DNA of 64,000 nucleotides from the NCBI RefSeq assembly GCF_009914755.1, contig NC_060931.1; one strand, written 5' to 3'. Made by a program: the position numbers and the translations under genes. Position 1 is the stretch's first letter; each line of letters starts with the position of its first letter. Below are positions 1 to 14,977 of the stretch, piece by piece. Source of the stretch: the human T2T-CHM13v2.0 reference genome, Homo sapiens. The notes under the pieces are model-generated. The model worked only from the letters and a program-made list of their open reading frames with translations. It was not told where the DNA came from and did not search any database.

Positions 1-114
1 TCTCATCAAAACTATGCAAGCTAAAAGACAGTGGAATGACATCTTTAAGGCAATGAAAAAAAAAATCTGTGCACCTATATGCTATACTCAGAAAATCTTT
101 CAAAAATGAAGGCG

Positions 115-717
115 GGAAAACACAACACTTTTTCTCTACGCTATACTCTCACAACATACTTCTGACACCAAATGTGTGTGGTTTCTCCCCACATACCAAG
201 CAATTCTGCAGCAGACACCGAGTTATCTTATAATTCAATTCCATTCTGACACTAAAAACCAGGGTTCCCACAAGCCCCTTCTGGAGTCTGATAATTTGCT
301 AGAATGGTTCACAAAACTCAGGATTATACTTTATTTATGTTTATCAGTTTATTATAAAGGATATAACTAAGGAACAGCCATGTGGAAGAGACACATAGGG
401 CAATGTATGGGAGAAAGAATCATACAGATCTTCCATTCTCTTTCTGGGTGAGCCTTTCTCCTAGCACTCCACAAGCTCAGCAACCCAGAAGCTCATTGCA
501 TTTCCTAGTTCAAGAGTTTCCATTGAACTTAATCTCCAACCCCTTTTAGCCATCCCCTGATATCCCCACTAAGTTTATTAGCATAAACTCAGTTGTATAG
601 AAAGGAGCTCATTATGAGTAACAAAAGATACCACTATCTCAGGAAATTCCAAGCTTTTTAGGTGCTCTGTGACAGAAACTAGGGATAAAGACCAAACACA
701 TTTCTTATTCTACCACA
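115..717 (-). mobile_element. MER21-like solo LTR, copy 1 (internal deletion)
   Basis: Shares blocks with 6617-7416, 25378-26519 and 30975-31932; minus strand begins TGTGGTAGAATAAGAAAT..TTTGGTCTTT. Confidence 0.75.
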
Positions 718-1169
718 GAAGAATGTAGATATATTTTTAGAGCATTCATTACCCACAGACATACACTGTAATAAATGTATTTAAAAAGTACTTAAGGCAG
801 AAAAAATATGACACCAGACAGAAACTTGTATCTACATAAAGAAATAAAGACCTCCTGAAACACTTTAAATGAAACTAAACGTAAAAGTAATATTTTGCTT
901 ATTTTTAATCAATCTAAAAGGTAATGGCTTAAAGCAAATATAGTAGCACCAATGTATTGGGATTTTATAGCTTATATAAAAGTAAAATGTCTCACAATAT
1001 CACAGATGATGGAGAAATTTGGAGTTTACTGTTGCAAAGTTTGTATACTACACATGAAGCAGTATTATATTATTAATATTTGAAGGTAGACTATACTTAA
1101 TTAAAGATGTACATTATAAACTCTAGGGCAAACATTAAAACATGTATTAAAGAGGTATAAATAATAAGC

Positions 1170-1485
1170 CAGGCCAGGTGAAGTTGCTCACATCTATAAT
1201 CCCAGGACTCTGGGATGCCAAGGGAGGAGGATTACTTAAGGCCAGGAGTTTCAGACCAGACTGGGCAACATAGTGAGATCTGGTCACTACAAAAAAATTT
1301 GAAAATAAAATAAAATTAGCCAGACATAGTGACATGCACTGGTAGTCCTAGCTACTCAGGAGGCTGAAGCAGGAGGACTGCTTGAGTCCAGTAGTCCCAG
1401 GCTACAGTGAGCTATGATCATGCCATTACGCTTCAATCTGGGTGACAGAGTGTGACCTTGTCTCTAAAAAACTTAAAAAATAAAA
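1170..1485 (+). mobile_element. AluJ
   Basis: Diverged dimeric Alu with J-type features and A tail. Confidence 0.9.
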
Positions 1486-2411
1486 TGCCAATAGTGGAAA
1501 TAATATAGAATCATAAAATGTATTATATTAATGTAAATACAAACAAGAAAAAAGAAGAAAAAAAATCCAAGAGTGGGTGGGACAAATAAAAAGCAATTAC
1601 CAAAGTGGTAGGTTTTAATTTAATCACACCAAAATTATTTTAATGTAAAGGGTCTAAACACTCTAAGTACTGATTGTCAGATTGGATAAAAAAGCAAGAC
1701 TCAAGTATATGCTGTCTATAAGAAACTAATTTTAAATATAAAGACTTCTAGTTTAAAAATATAACATTCAAACACTAATCAAAATATTTTGCGTATTTAA
1801 ATAAATGTTGACACCCTAGTTGTAAACAGTATTTGATATCGTATATAACGTATATGATATATAACATATAAATAACAACGAAATGTGATTTATCTATATT
1901 TAAATCAAGAAATAAACATTCTCCCTAAACCTGTGGCTTTTTTCCAAGGCTATTTCCAAAGCATTCTCTTAACCTTTGTGTTCATGACACAGCTAATACT
2001 TCAAAAGAGAATCAAAGCTAATACCTCAGCAGTCTTCTAGTGACAATTGGATCCACATTTATCTCTGGACTGGATTGTTTGAGGTGTCATAAGTACTTTC
2101 ATCAAAATAGAAATAAATGACTTTGTGACTTTCCTGTACTAATGTAAATGTATGCATTTATTAAACAAGACTCCACAAAACAGAGTGTGTTCACTATTTA
2201 TTGTTAAATTTCTATGTTCTTCTTTCTACTTTTACAATTTTATTGTTTCCAGATTATACTTTTGTAAGTTCTTATAATCTTTCCCCCTCTTAATCCTTCT
2301 TGTGGAACAGAAACTTCCTAATGAATGGTCTACTTGTCAGTCCACAAGCTTTCTTCTGTACATATATATATATAAAATATACTGATTCAGTAATCAATAA
2401 CATAAAAATAA

Positions 2412-2712
<301 letters not shown>

Positions 2713-2989
2713 TAATTTTCAAAATACTTTGATTCTCTAGTATCAAGGTAGTGCATATAATATAGGTTTGTGTGATAATCCTTTCTAACATATAAAAACT
2801 AAGTCACCTCTCTTCTTAGGAAATCTCAACCCACAAGAAACAGCAATTTATTTTTTATTATCTTCTGCCCTCAAACTATATATCAAGATGTTTAAAATTT
2901 AGATTTGAAACCTGGCTACGTTTTAGGATAAGTAATTTAATGTAACAAAGAATAATTTGGCAGGTACAATTTCTGTTTAACAACTTTAC

Positions 2990-3225
<236 letters not shown>

Positions 3226-3564
3226 TTATAGGACATAAAATTCTTATAAATATTTTAACAAAGGCCCCGGTGTGAGAGTCTTAGGTTTAGGGAAAAATAT
3301 TACAAGTTTATTTAGTTCTCTTATTTAATTACTTAAAAAAAAAGATTACATGCTAAAATATGTTAAATAAAAATATAAATATAAACCAATTGATTTATCT
3401 TTCCATAATCTTAAAACATAACTAGAGTAACAAAATCAAGAAGTGCAAAAAGATAAGATTGATAAATGTTTAGATACTAAAACAACCACTTCAAGTGTTA
3501 TAAAAGAGTTATGTAGAGAATTACTGAATGTAGAGGAGAGCATTTACTTCAAAAATGTTGGAGC

Positions 3565-3720
3565 ATACTCGTCTGGCAGGGAAGATAAAATGATCATGAA
3601 GGTGGCTTTCCCAGGGTGAGATTTATTTATTGCACTCTGGGTGTGCAGACCCCTGCAATTTCCCCGAAAGTGGGAAACTTGGCTGCATAATTTGTGTTCT
3701 TCCTTGGTTAAAAAGAAAAA
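3565..3720 (+). pseudogene. RNU1-15P: U1 snRNA retropseudogene (symbol from recall of the SP4 neighbourhood)
   Basis: ATACTCGTCTGGCAGGGAAGATAAAATGATCATGAAGGTGG...ATTGCACTC...GGGAAACTTGGCTGCATAATTTGTG aligns to U1 nt 1-~132; stem-loop IV largely lost; A-rich tail; no PSE evident. Confidence 0.92.
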
Positions 3721-4491
3721 TAGTAGGCTAATAAGGGAAGGCTATTCAGATGTTGTATTAGTTTTGAACTATATCTTGTAGAATGTGATCAACCAAGGCA
3801 AAGCTGACTTGGGAGAAACATGGGAAGGTGCTGTCAGGAATAGTATGTGCAAAACACAGCAATGAATACCAAGATATATTTACATAAATGTAAAAAGTTA
3901 TGTATGGTAATATTGAGGAAGTGACAGATAAGTGAGCCAAGATCAGATTATGAAGAAACTTACATGTGATACTAAAGGTTTCTATTTTTATCCTGAAAAA
4001 AGTATGGATAACTTTTGGGCTAATACTTAAAATTTGCATTTTTTTAAAGGATCACCTTGGAATCATGGAATATAAATTAGAGAAGAACAGGAGAGCTTGA
4101 CCAATATGGAAGAAATGGCAGCAAAACAGGCAGGAAATTACACAATTCTGAAGAAAAGCAGTATGAGCAGAATTGAAATAAAAGGTAAGGTTCAATACGT
4201 TTAGAAGATACAATTGAGTAGGTTTGGTGGCTAATTGTAAGTGAGACATGAAGTAAATGGAAGAATTTCTAATGATTCAAAATTTTCTAAATAGTTGCCA
4301 AAAATAAATTGGGTGAGCATCTTTGGGACATATTGAGATCTTTGACATATTGAGATTAATGGACATATTAATGTTCAAAAGGAGACATACAAAAAGATAC
4401 ATTGTCTGTCATCAAAGGCAAGATTGAGATAGATATTTGGGAATTGTGGCCCATGGGTAGAATTGAAAATTATGGATGAGATTTTCTCTAG

Positions 4492-4817
<326 letters not shown>

Positions 4818-5259
4818 CAAACAGTGCATCTTTAAATGTGATCCTGAGACCTCCAGTTGACCCACAGTGGTTTGCAGAGAGTGTCTGTATGAAAGGAAAA
4901 AATAGAATAAAACTCTATTCACACACATCTCACAAAATTGAGTATAAGATTATTCATTATTAAAAACTTTTTTAAAAAGCTCGTCATTATTCTCACAGAA
5001 ATCCAATTACATGTTTAATGAGTGTTGGTTTGCATGCTCTGTAAAAACTGCATTGGTAAGTTTATCTTGGAAAATATTTTATGTTATTTTTTACATCTAT
5101 GATTTTGCATTTTAATTAATACTATTGTACTTTATCCCCAAGTCACAAAAATGGACCAACAGTGACCCACTGAAGCATAAAAGATGGGAACAAACACTAC
5201 AATGCCAAATAATTTAATTTTAAAAAGATAAATAGTATAGCCCTCCAGTGAAATGTAGA

Positions 5260-5790
5260 GTGGGGTGGTTTTACACAAGGACCTGAGAAAGAAAAATGCA
5301 AATGGGAACTGCCATTATGAATATCTGAGTATTGCATTATGTGGTGGTGTCCGTTTACACCATCCTTGTCAAATAGTGAAGTTTTGTCAAATGATAACAT
5401 GAAGTATATATGCCTTTGCTCCATTTTCAAAGAAAGCCCAGTTTCAATCAAGTAAACCAATTTAATTTTTCTAGAACAAGCAAATATACTATTTTCTAGT
5501 ATAAAGTTGATTAATTGTATCACTTAAACCAAAACTATAGAGGCATCCTTCAACATTGTACATTTCACAGCCAAAACAGGCAAAAGTCACACTGTTGCTA
5601 ACAAGCTGATAAAATCAGCCACAAAAGTGAATACTATGTATTTTGCTCAGCTGATAAAACCAGCCACAAAAGTGAATACTATCTATTTTGCTTAGCAACA
5701 AAACAGATTAAGTTTTGGCAAAAATCTTTTAGCAAATGACTCTAGTGAATGTTGCCCAATATAAATAGCCTGCAAAGTTAAAGAGCAATC
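5260..5790 (+). mobile_element. hAT-Charlie-type transposase fossil
   Basis: ~5531-5630 reads KTIEASFNIVHFTAKTGKSHTVANKLIKSA, resembling the Charlie/Buster motif KA.EASY.V...IAK.GK.HT.AE.LI.PA. Confidence 0.6.
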
Positions 5791-6209
5791 ACTGTCTTTG
5801 GGGAAATGACCAGGTGGGATATTCAAAATATTTAACAACTGATAAGGCATAGAGAGCAACCAATCATAACAGATGCCAACTGCAAGCAAATGGTATAGGA
5901 CTACTGGTATGTGTTAGCTTGCCTATCAGCAGATATTTTGCTTTACAACTGTGTAGAGTATGAATAATTTCTTGGCAATTGCCTAATACATATATGAAGT
6001 GCTTGACAATGTTTTTTGTTTATCATTAAAAGTCTTAGTGTTCGATTTAGGGGAATTTTTGACCCAAAGTTAATCCAGATGCTCTTCTCTTTGACAGCTG
6101 TAATTAATCAATAGCTAGGTGAAAGGTTCAGAACTTTAAGAGACAGACATTGGCCAAACGGTTTTTCAAAGTACTCTTTAGTTTCTATTTCAATAATTGT
6201 AAGGTTAAT

Positions 6210-6550
6210 TTGTTTTTGCTTTTGCTTTTGTTTTTGTTTTGTTTTAGAGACAGGATCTCACTCTGTCACCTAGACTGGAGTGCAGTGGCATAATCACAGC
6301 TTACTGCAGCCTTAAGCTCCTGGACTTAAGCTGTCCTTCCACCTCAGCCTCTCAAGTAGCTGTAACTACAAGTGCACTCCACCAGGACTGTCTAATTTTT
6401 TTTTTTTTTTTTTTTTTTTTTTCAGTAGAGACAGGGTCTCACTATGTTGCTTAGGCTGTTCTCAAACTCTTGAGCTCAAGTGATCCTCCTGCCCTCCTGT
6501 CTTGGCCTCCTAAAGTGCTGGGATTACAGATGCGAGTCACCATGCTGACC
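6210..6550 (-). mobile_element. AluJ with long poly-T linker
   Basis: Diverged dimer; ~28-nt T run at ~6395-6422. Confidence 0.9.
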
Positions 6551-6616
6551 AATTTTAAATTATTAATCAGCTATTATCCACCCTAGTTTCTCAGCTGCCT
6601 GCTATGGTGTCCCCAG

Positions 6617-7416
6617 TAGAAAACTCTGTTTCTACACTCACACAACCCTTCTGACACCAAATGTGTGGGCATTTTGCACACCAAGAAGCTATCTGATTCT
6701 GTTCAGATACCAACTAGGTGTCCAACAATCCAGTTCAGTTCTGACACTAACTACTTAGGATGTGATGTTCCATTGGTTTTAGGGCTCAGACCCACAAGAT
6801 TGCCCTCACTTCAGAGGCCAGTTCCGAGTATCAGGTTTCTCATAGCATACTTCTGACTTACACAATGTATAAATTGAGGCTCCCAGGACCCCCTCCTCGG
6901 GTTCAGTAATTTGTTAGAATGGCTCACACACGCAGAACTCACGAAGCCATGTTATTTATTTATGTTTACTGGTTTATTATAAAGCATACAAATGAACAGC
7001 CAGATGAAGAGGTATATAAGGCCATGTCAGGAAGGGTCCCTAGTGCAGAAACTTCTGTTCCTGTGGAGTTAGGGTATGCTAACTTCCAGCAGGTGGATGC
7101 ATTCACCAATCCAGAAATCTCATTGTTCAGGAGTTTTTATGGGGCTTAATCTCTAGCCCCCATCCCCAACTTTGCAGAGTTGGGGGAGGGTGGAAGCTGA
7201 AAGTTCCAAGCCTCTAATCATTTGGTTTCTAGTGACTAGACCTGTCCTGAGACTATCGAGGGTCTTCATCCTAAGTCATTTCATTAGCATGAACTCAGGT
7301 GAGATCAAAGGGAGTTTATTATGAATAATGAAAAACTCCTACCACTAAGCAAATTCCAAGGGTTTTAGTGCCTGGATCCAGGGACAAAAACCAAATATAT
7401 TTCTTATCATTTCACA
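6617..7416 (-). mobile_element. MER21-like solo LTR, copy 2
   Basis: Collinear with the other three copies (ctgacaccaaatgtgtg, cccacaaga.tgcc, ttagcat.aactcagg, aaattccaagg). Confidence 0.75.
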
Positions 7417-7677
7417 GTCTCTTTGTTTGAGCTGCTAGTGTTCCCACCAGTAGAGTTGTCCTGTTTTAGTAGGAGAAAGCAGGAAATAAAATTGCCTAAG
7501 CCAAGCCTCATCGTCTCAGTTAGGTATTTTCCTCTGGGTTTGGTGACCTGCCTCCCTCTGTTATACCTGTAATGCTTGACAACCAATCACAATGTTTTCT
7601 TTCTCATTTGGGGCACTGAGAGACAGGACTCCTAAGTTCTTTTTTTCTGTTTTTTTTGTTTCTTTGTTTGTTTGTTT

Positions 7678-7838
7678 AAGAGACACAGTCTTGCTATGTT
7701 GCCCAGGCTGGAGTGCAATGGCTATTCACAGGTGTGATTATAGCACACTGCAGCTTTAATCTCCTGAGCTCAAGTAATCCTCCCTCCTCAGCCTCCTGAG
7801 TACCTGGGACTATAGGTGCATGCCACAGCACCCAGCCT
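7678..7838 (-). mobile_element. FAM (fossil Alu monomer)
   Basis: Monomer with diagnostic ggctattcacagg segment absent from dimeric Alus. Confidence 0.85.
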
Positions 7839-8238
7839 CCGTAAGTTATTGAAAAGAAATATTACAAAGTAGTTAATATGCAAAATTTCTTGTGATATAG
7901 AAGAAGATATAAAGCCTGAATAACACATACATTTGCTCCATCCTCTTGTAATTTACGTAAATTCTATCTTAGTACGGAAATGACTCAAGCCTTATGGTGC
8001 TACCATCTCCTGGTATGTTTGTCAAGTTCATCTTTTTGCAATAAAGGAAAGCAAGTGGTCATTGCAAAGTAGAATTGTCTAAAGATCTCCTGGCTCACTA
8101 TGCTATTGGAGAAGAGTTTTTGTTGTTTAGTTAACAATTTATTTCTGGGCTGGAAAGGGTTGATGGGATCAGTATTGATAGGGCACCTGCAACATGTGCA
8201 GCCAGAAGATGTTGTTACTAATACATTAATAAATGGGA

Positions 8239-8708
<470 letters not shown>

Positions 8709-9070
8709 TCAAAGTTTAGCATCTTCTCAGCGTGCTGTGCAAAGAAATGGGCAGTAGGTTCCAGGTCATGCTTTTTACATTTAAAAACAATACCTCTTGA
8801 ATGGAAATGAGAGATGAGATAAGATAATAACATCTCTTTATGACATGGCATAGCCAATAAAGCACATTTGTGTGATTTTAAAATCTTGTTGAAGTGGTAA
8901 ATCTTTGAAATGCATTCAGTATTTTAACTTCAGGCCTGAAACACCTTAATGTTAATATTTAAGATTTCAGTTTCTCAGGAAAAACCAAACTACAGTTCTT
9001 TGGTTTCGGCAAGAGTTTATTCTTCTCTAACACTTGGGGATTTTTTTCCCTATGTAAAGGGGATAAACAG

Positions 9071-9368
9071 GGCCAGGCATGGTGGCTTATGTCTGCAATT
9101 CCAGTACTTTGGGAGGCTGAGGCAAGAGGATTGCTTGAGTCCAGGAGTTCAAGAACAGACTGGGCAACATAGTGAGACCTCACCTCTACAAATAATACAA
9201 AAATTAGCTAGGAATGGTGGCATGCACCTGTGATCTCAGCTACTTTGGAGGCTGAGGTAGGAAGATCACCTCAGCCTGGGCAGTCAGTCAAGACTTCAGT
9301 GAGCTGAGATCATACCACTGCACTCCAGCCTGGGTGACAGAGCGAGACTCTGTCAAAAAAACAAAAAA
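9071..9368 (+). mobile_element. AluJ
   Basis: Full dimer; flanking repeat ggggataaaca. Confidence 0.9.
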
Positions 9369-9698
9369 AGGTGGGGATAAACAACATATTTAGGCATATA
9401 TTTTAAAACATATTCACATGCTACAACTAAAACATAAAGATATAAGTTTCAGAGCCAAAAACATACCTAAGAGGTACATTAATAATTATTTTGCAATTAT
9501 CTCCCAAATTCTAATATTTGACTTTTGAGTAACTGAAAAATGCGGAAAGTAATTACAAAGTTGCATAATTTCTGAATCCATGTTTGATTCAAATATCCAG
9601 AACTACTTGAGTGAGCTAACAATTCTTACATGCCATTCTCAACAACCTATAAGTTTTTATAAAATAGAAATAAAAAGTAATGAAAGAAACTGCCTGGA

Positions 9699-10007
9699 GC
9701 GGGGAGATAAAGAAGGATAGGTTAATGGGTACAAAAATACAATTAGAAAGAGTAAGATGTAGCGTTTGGTAGCACAATAGGGTGAGTATAACTGACAATA
9801 ATTTACTCTGCATTTCAAAATAACTGAAAGAATGTTGCTACCACAAAGAAATGATAAATGCTTAAGGTGATGGATACCACAATCACCCTGATTTGATCAT
9901 TACACATCGTATACTTGTATCAAAATATCACATATACCCAAGAAATATTGTATAGATAATAAATTATCTATCCATAATAATTAAAAATTTTAAATTTCAA
10001 TTAAAAA
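9699..10007 (+). mobile_element. 5'-truncated L1MA-type 3' end
   Basis: L1 3'UTR sequence, A tail, 16-bp TSD aaagaaactgcctgga (9683-9698 / 10008-10023). Confidence 0.85.
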
Positions 10008-11335
10008 AAAGAAACTGCCTGGATGTGGTGTCTGATTTGAAACTCAAATAGAGATACCTTGATGGAAGAATGGAAACCATACTATTCTTCTCATAAATAT
10101 GAAACAACCTTAATAAATAATAAAAATAATAATAGTCACAAAAGTTTGTAGTTTTATTTTTACTAATTCAAAACTATGATTAATTTTAAAAGTTATGCTT
10201 AAGTAAAACCATGATTACCTTTTATATAAAATTATGATTAATTTTTTAATAATGATAATTTTTTTAGGGTGCTTTCAAATTGACAACAAAATTGAGCAGA
10301 CAGTATAGAGAGTTCCCACATACCTCCTGCCCCCAAAGGATGCACTGCTTTCCCCACTATCATTATCCCACCAGAGTGGTATTAATACATTTGTTACAAC
10401 TGATAGGCCTAAGTTCACAAATCGTTATCACTCAAAGTTCATAGTTTACATTAGGGTTCATTTGTCACTAAGGGAATTAGTGATAAACGTGTAATGACAT
10501 GTATTCACCATTATAGTGTCATACAGATCGAAGAATGTCAGAACAGTATCTTCATCACTCTCAAAATCTCCCATGCTCCACCTATTCATTCCTTCCTCCC
10601 CACAATCTCTGGCAACCACTGATCTTTTTATTGTTTCCATGGTTTTGCCTTTTCTGGAACGTGATATGGTTGGAATCATACTTTAGGTAGCCTTTTCAGA
10701 TTGGCTTATTTCACATAGTAATGTGCATTTCAGATTCCTCCACGTCTACTCATGTCTTGATAGCTTGTTTCCTTTTAGTGCTGAATAATATTCCATTGTC
10801 TAAATATACCACAGTTTATCCATTCACTTACTGTAGGAATTTTGGTTGCTTCCAAGTTTAAACCATTATGAATAACACTGCTGTAACTATTAATGTGTAG
10901 GCTTTTGTGCAGACACATTTCAGTTCATTTAGGTAAATGCCAAGGAGCACGATTGCTGGAGCATATGATAAAGGTAGGTTTAATTGTGTAAGAAGCGGCC
11001 AAACTGTCTTCCAAAGTGGCTGTAACCATTTTGCATTTCCACCAGCAATGAATGAGAATTCGTATTATTCCACATCCTCTCCAGCAGTTGGGGTTGTCAT
11101 TGTTTTGGATTGTGGCCATTCCAGTAGTTGTGTAGCAGTAACCCATTGTTGTCTTAATTTGCAATTCCTTAATGATATGTGATGCTTAACATCTTTTCAT
11201 ATGCTTATTTGTTATCTGTATATCTTCTTCAGTGACAAGTCAGTTTAGTCTTTGGCCCATTTTTTAATTAGGTTGTTTATTTTCTTGCTGTTGTGTTTTA
11301 AGAGTTCTTTGAATATTTTGGATTAGCAATTGTTT

Positions 11336-12317
11336 TGTTAGAGTAGATAGCTAGTCAGACATAAACAGGGCAGGAGAGGGTCTCCACCCCCATCAGGAAT
11401 GTCTGGTGATCATCAAGTGATGGTCAGGGAGCTGTCACACTGCTACTCTAAAATAATAATTGGTCACAGCCGGCACCAGGAAAGGCAGTTTTCCAATAGA
11501 TATAAAACACCTGAGGCCGGGCATAGTGGCTCACGCCTGTAATCCCAGCACTTTGGGAGGCCGAGGCGGGTGGATCACAAGGTCAGGAATTCAAGACCAG
11601 CCTGAGGCCGGGCATGGTGGCGGGCGCCTGTAATCCCAGCTACTCCGGAGGCTGAGGCAGAGAATTGCTTGAACCCGGGAGGCAGAGATTGCAATGAGCC
11701 GAGATCGCACCACTGCACTCCAGCCTGGGCTACAGAGTGAGACTCCATCTCAAAAACAAACAAACAAACAAAAAACAAAACAAAACGAAACAAAAAACAC
11801 CTGAAACTGGTGGTCATCAGCTTTCCAATAAGATCTCAGGAGTTGAGCAAGTGGGCTCAAGCGTGTGCGTTAAGAGGCAAAATGGCAGAGTTTAATTGGT
11901 GTATGAACTACGGGGGCATTGCACACAGCTCAGGTGAGCATGCATACAACTCCAGTAAACACACTGAGCATGCTCAACTTCTAAATGCTAGCTGGGCACC
12001 ACACATGCCAGCAGCTCACCCCAAGGGAAGAATCAAGGGAAAAGGGACACAAAATACTAGACGTATGCCAGCATGTAAAACCCTAAGTCCAAGGTCAAAC
12101 AGCGCATTTGTCCTCCAAGATGCCTGCTTGGTTGTCTTCCAAGTGTACTTTACTTCCTTTTTGTTCCTGCTCTAAAGCTTTTTAATAAATTTTCATTCCT
12201 GCTGTAAAACTTGCCTCTGTCTCTTCTTCTGCCTTATGCTCCTCAGTCAAATTCTGTCTTCTGAGGAGGCAAAAATGGAGGTTGCTGCAGACCTGTGTGG
12301 ATTCACTACTGGTAACA
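11336..12317 (+). mobile_element. MER50-like ERV1 solo LTR, interrupted by AluS
   Basis: TGTTAGAGTAG...GGTAACA termini, AATAAA at ~12184; homologous in reverse orientation to 32669-33372. Confidence 0.8.
11515..11792 (+). mobile_element. AluS (linker deleted) inside the MER50-like LTR
   Basis: TSD aaaacacctga on both sides; (CAAA)n tail. Confidence 0.9.
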
Positions 12318-12410
12318 GTGTAATGGATATGTCTTTTACAAATACTTTTTTCAGTCTATGACTTGTCTTCTCATTCTCTTGACAGTGTCTGTCAGAGTAG
12401 AAGTATTTAA

Positions 12411-12724
<314 letters not shown>

Positions 12725-13686
12725 TAAGTGTTTAATTTCCACAAAGTCCAGCTTATCAATTATTTCTTTCATGGGTCATCCCTTTGTGCTATACCTAAAA
12801 TGTCATCACCATACCCAAGGATATCTAGGTTTTCTTGTATGTTATCTTTTATTTATAGTTTTGCACTTTACATTTAGGTATATGATTCATTTTGAGTTAA
12901 TTTTTGTGAAAGGTATGTGTCTAGATTAATTTTTTTGTATGTGGATATCTATGATTAATTTTTTTAAAGTATCTTGAATTGGGCTTCTTCTCCTGAACAA
13001 TGTAGTCATTAGATGCAAAAAATTTTAGAAAAACACTAATCTGGAGTCAGAAAAGAAGAAAATTGAGGCAGAGATCCTGGAAAATCACCAGCATTTAAGG
13101 AGTAGGTCAAGGGAGTTCTGGAGTGACTGTTGCCTACCTGAATCATCCCAAGTCCATTGAAATAACTGTTTATTTTTGCCATCACCTGCTTTAGTTACTT
13201 GATGAAAGCTGCTTTGGGAACAGGGTGACATTATACTGAAGAGGCAGTTCCTTGCAGCTGAGATGGGTTGACCTAAAGGAGCTTGGCACTTACTGCATCT
13301 GGGCAGCAGACTCTTCCTTGAAGAGGGATCTGTTTACCTGAGAGAATAACTTTGCTCTTAGAGAGTAGTTACTGATTTAGGGATAAAGGATCAGGATGTC
13401 TGCAACTTACTCTCGAATGGTTCAACAATAATAATATGTACTTGCTATTATTACTAGAATTATTATTTTATTTAGAAAGAGAAAGCAAACATAAGACATT
13501 AACAATTGCTAAGTCTAGGTGAAAGACAAATGGGCATTCATCATATTACACTTGCAACTTTCCCATACATTTGACATTTTCCAAAATTAAAAGTTGGGAG
13601 AAAAAAATTCAGGAGCCCCAAACAACTGGTATCTGTGAAACATCCCCAATACAATATCTATGACGTTTTATTCCTTGACTTAATCA

Positions 13687-14252
<566 letters not shown>

Positions 14253-14646
14253 TTAAGAAAAAGTACATAAATTTAGGTATAAATGTTAACATTTAGAATG
14301 AAAAAAGAAATAAAACACTACAAATTTTGTGATGCTAAGAGACAACACAAATATTTCTAAATCTAGAAATATTACAACATTTTCAGTAAGTACTCAATAC
14401 ATCTCTAACTTATTTTTTACATTACTTTGTTTGCATATGTCCATAGCCTCTTCATATAATAATGATTTTAATATTTTATTTTTATGGAAAGAATAGGAAT
14501 GTGAGTCAGTATTCTCTTTAACAACAGGCTTCAACAATTTTAAAAAATTATTGATCATTTGGATGCAAAAACGTGACTTTACTCACAGACATAAATGCTG
14601 TTTGTAATATTGCTAAAGAGTTGTGACTGGCAAAGAAATTCTATTT

Positions 14647-14977
<331 letters not shown>

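Larger units (their letters stand above)
1..1780 (+). mobile_element. Old L1M fragment (ORF1 end to ORF2 endonuclease start), split by a MER21-like LTR and an AluJ
   Basis: ~1640-1745 resembles the L1 EN N-terminus NVNGLN..WIKKQD..ICCL.ET; A-rich sense strand. Confidence 0.7.

Noticed and set aside
5604-5693. Short direct repeats as a CRISPR-like array
   Set aside because: Only two adjacent units with no unique spacers, in eukaryotic DNA
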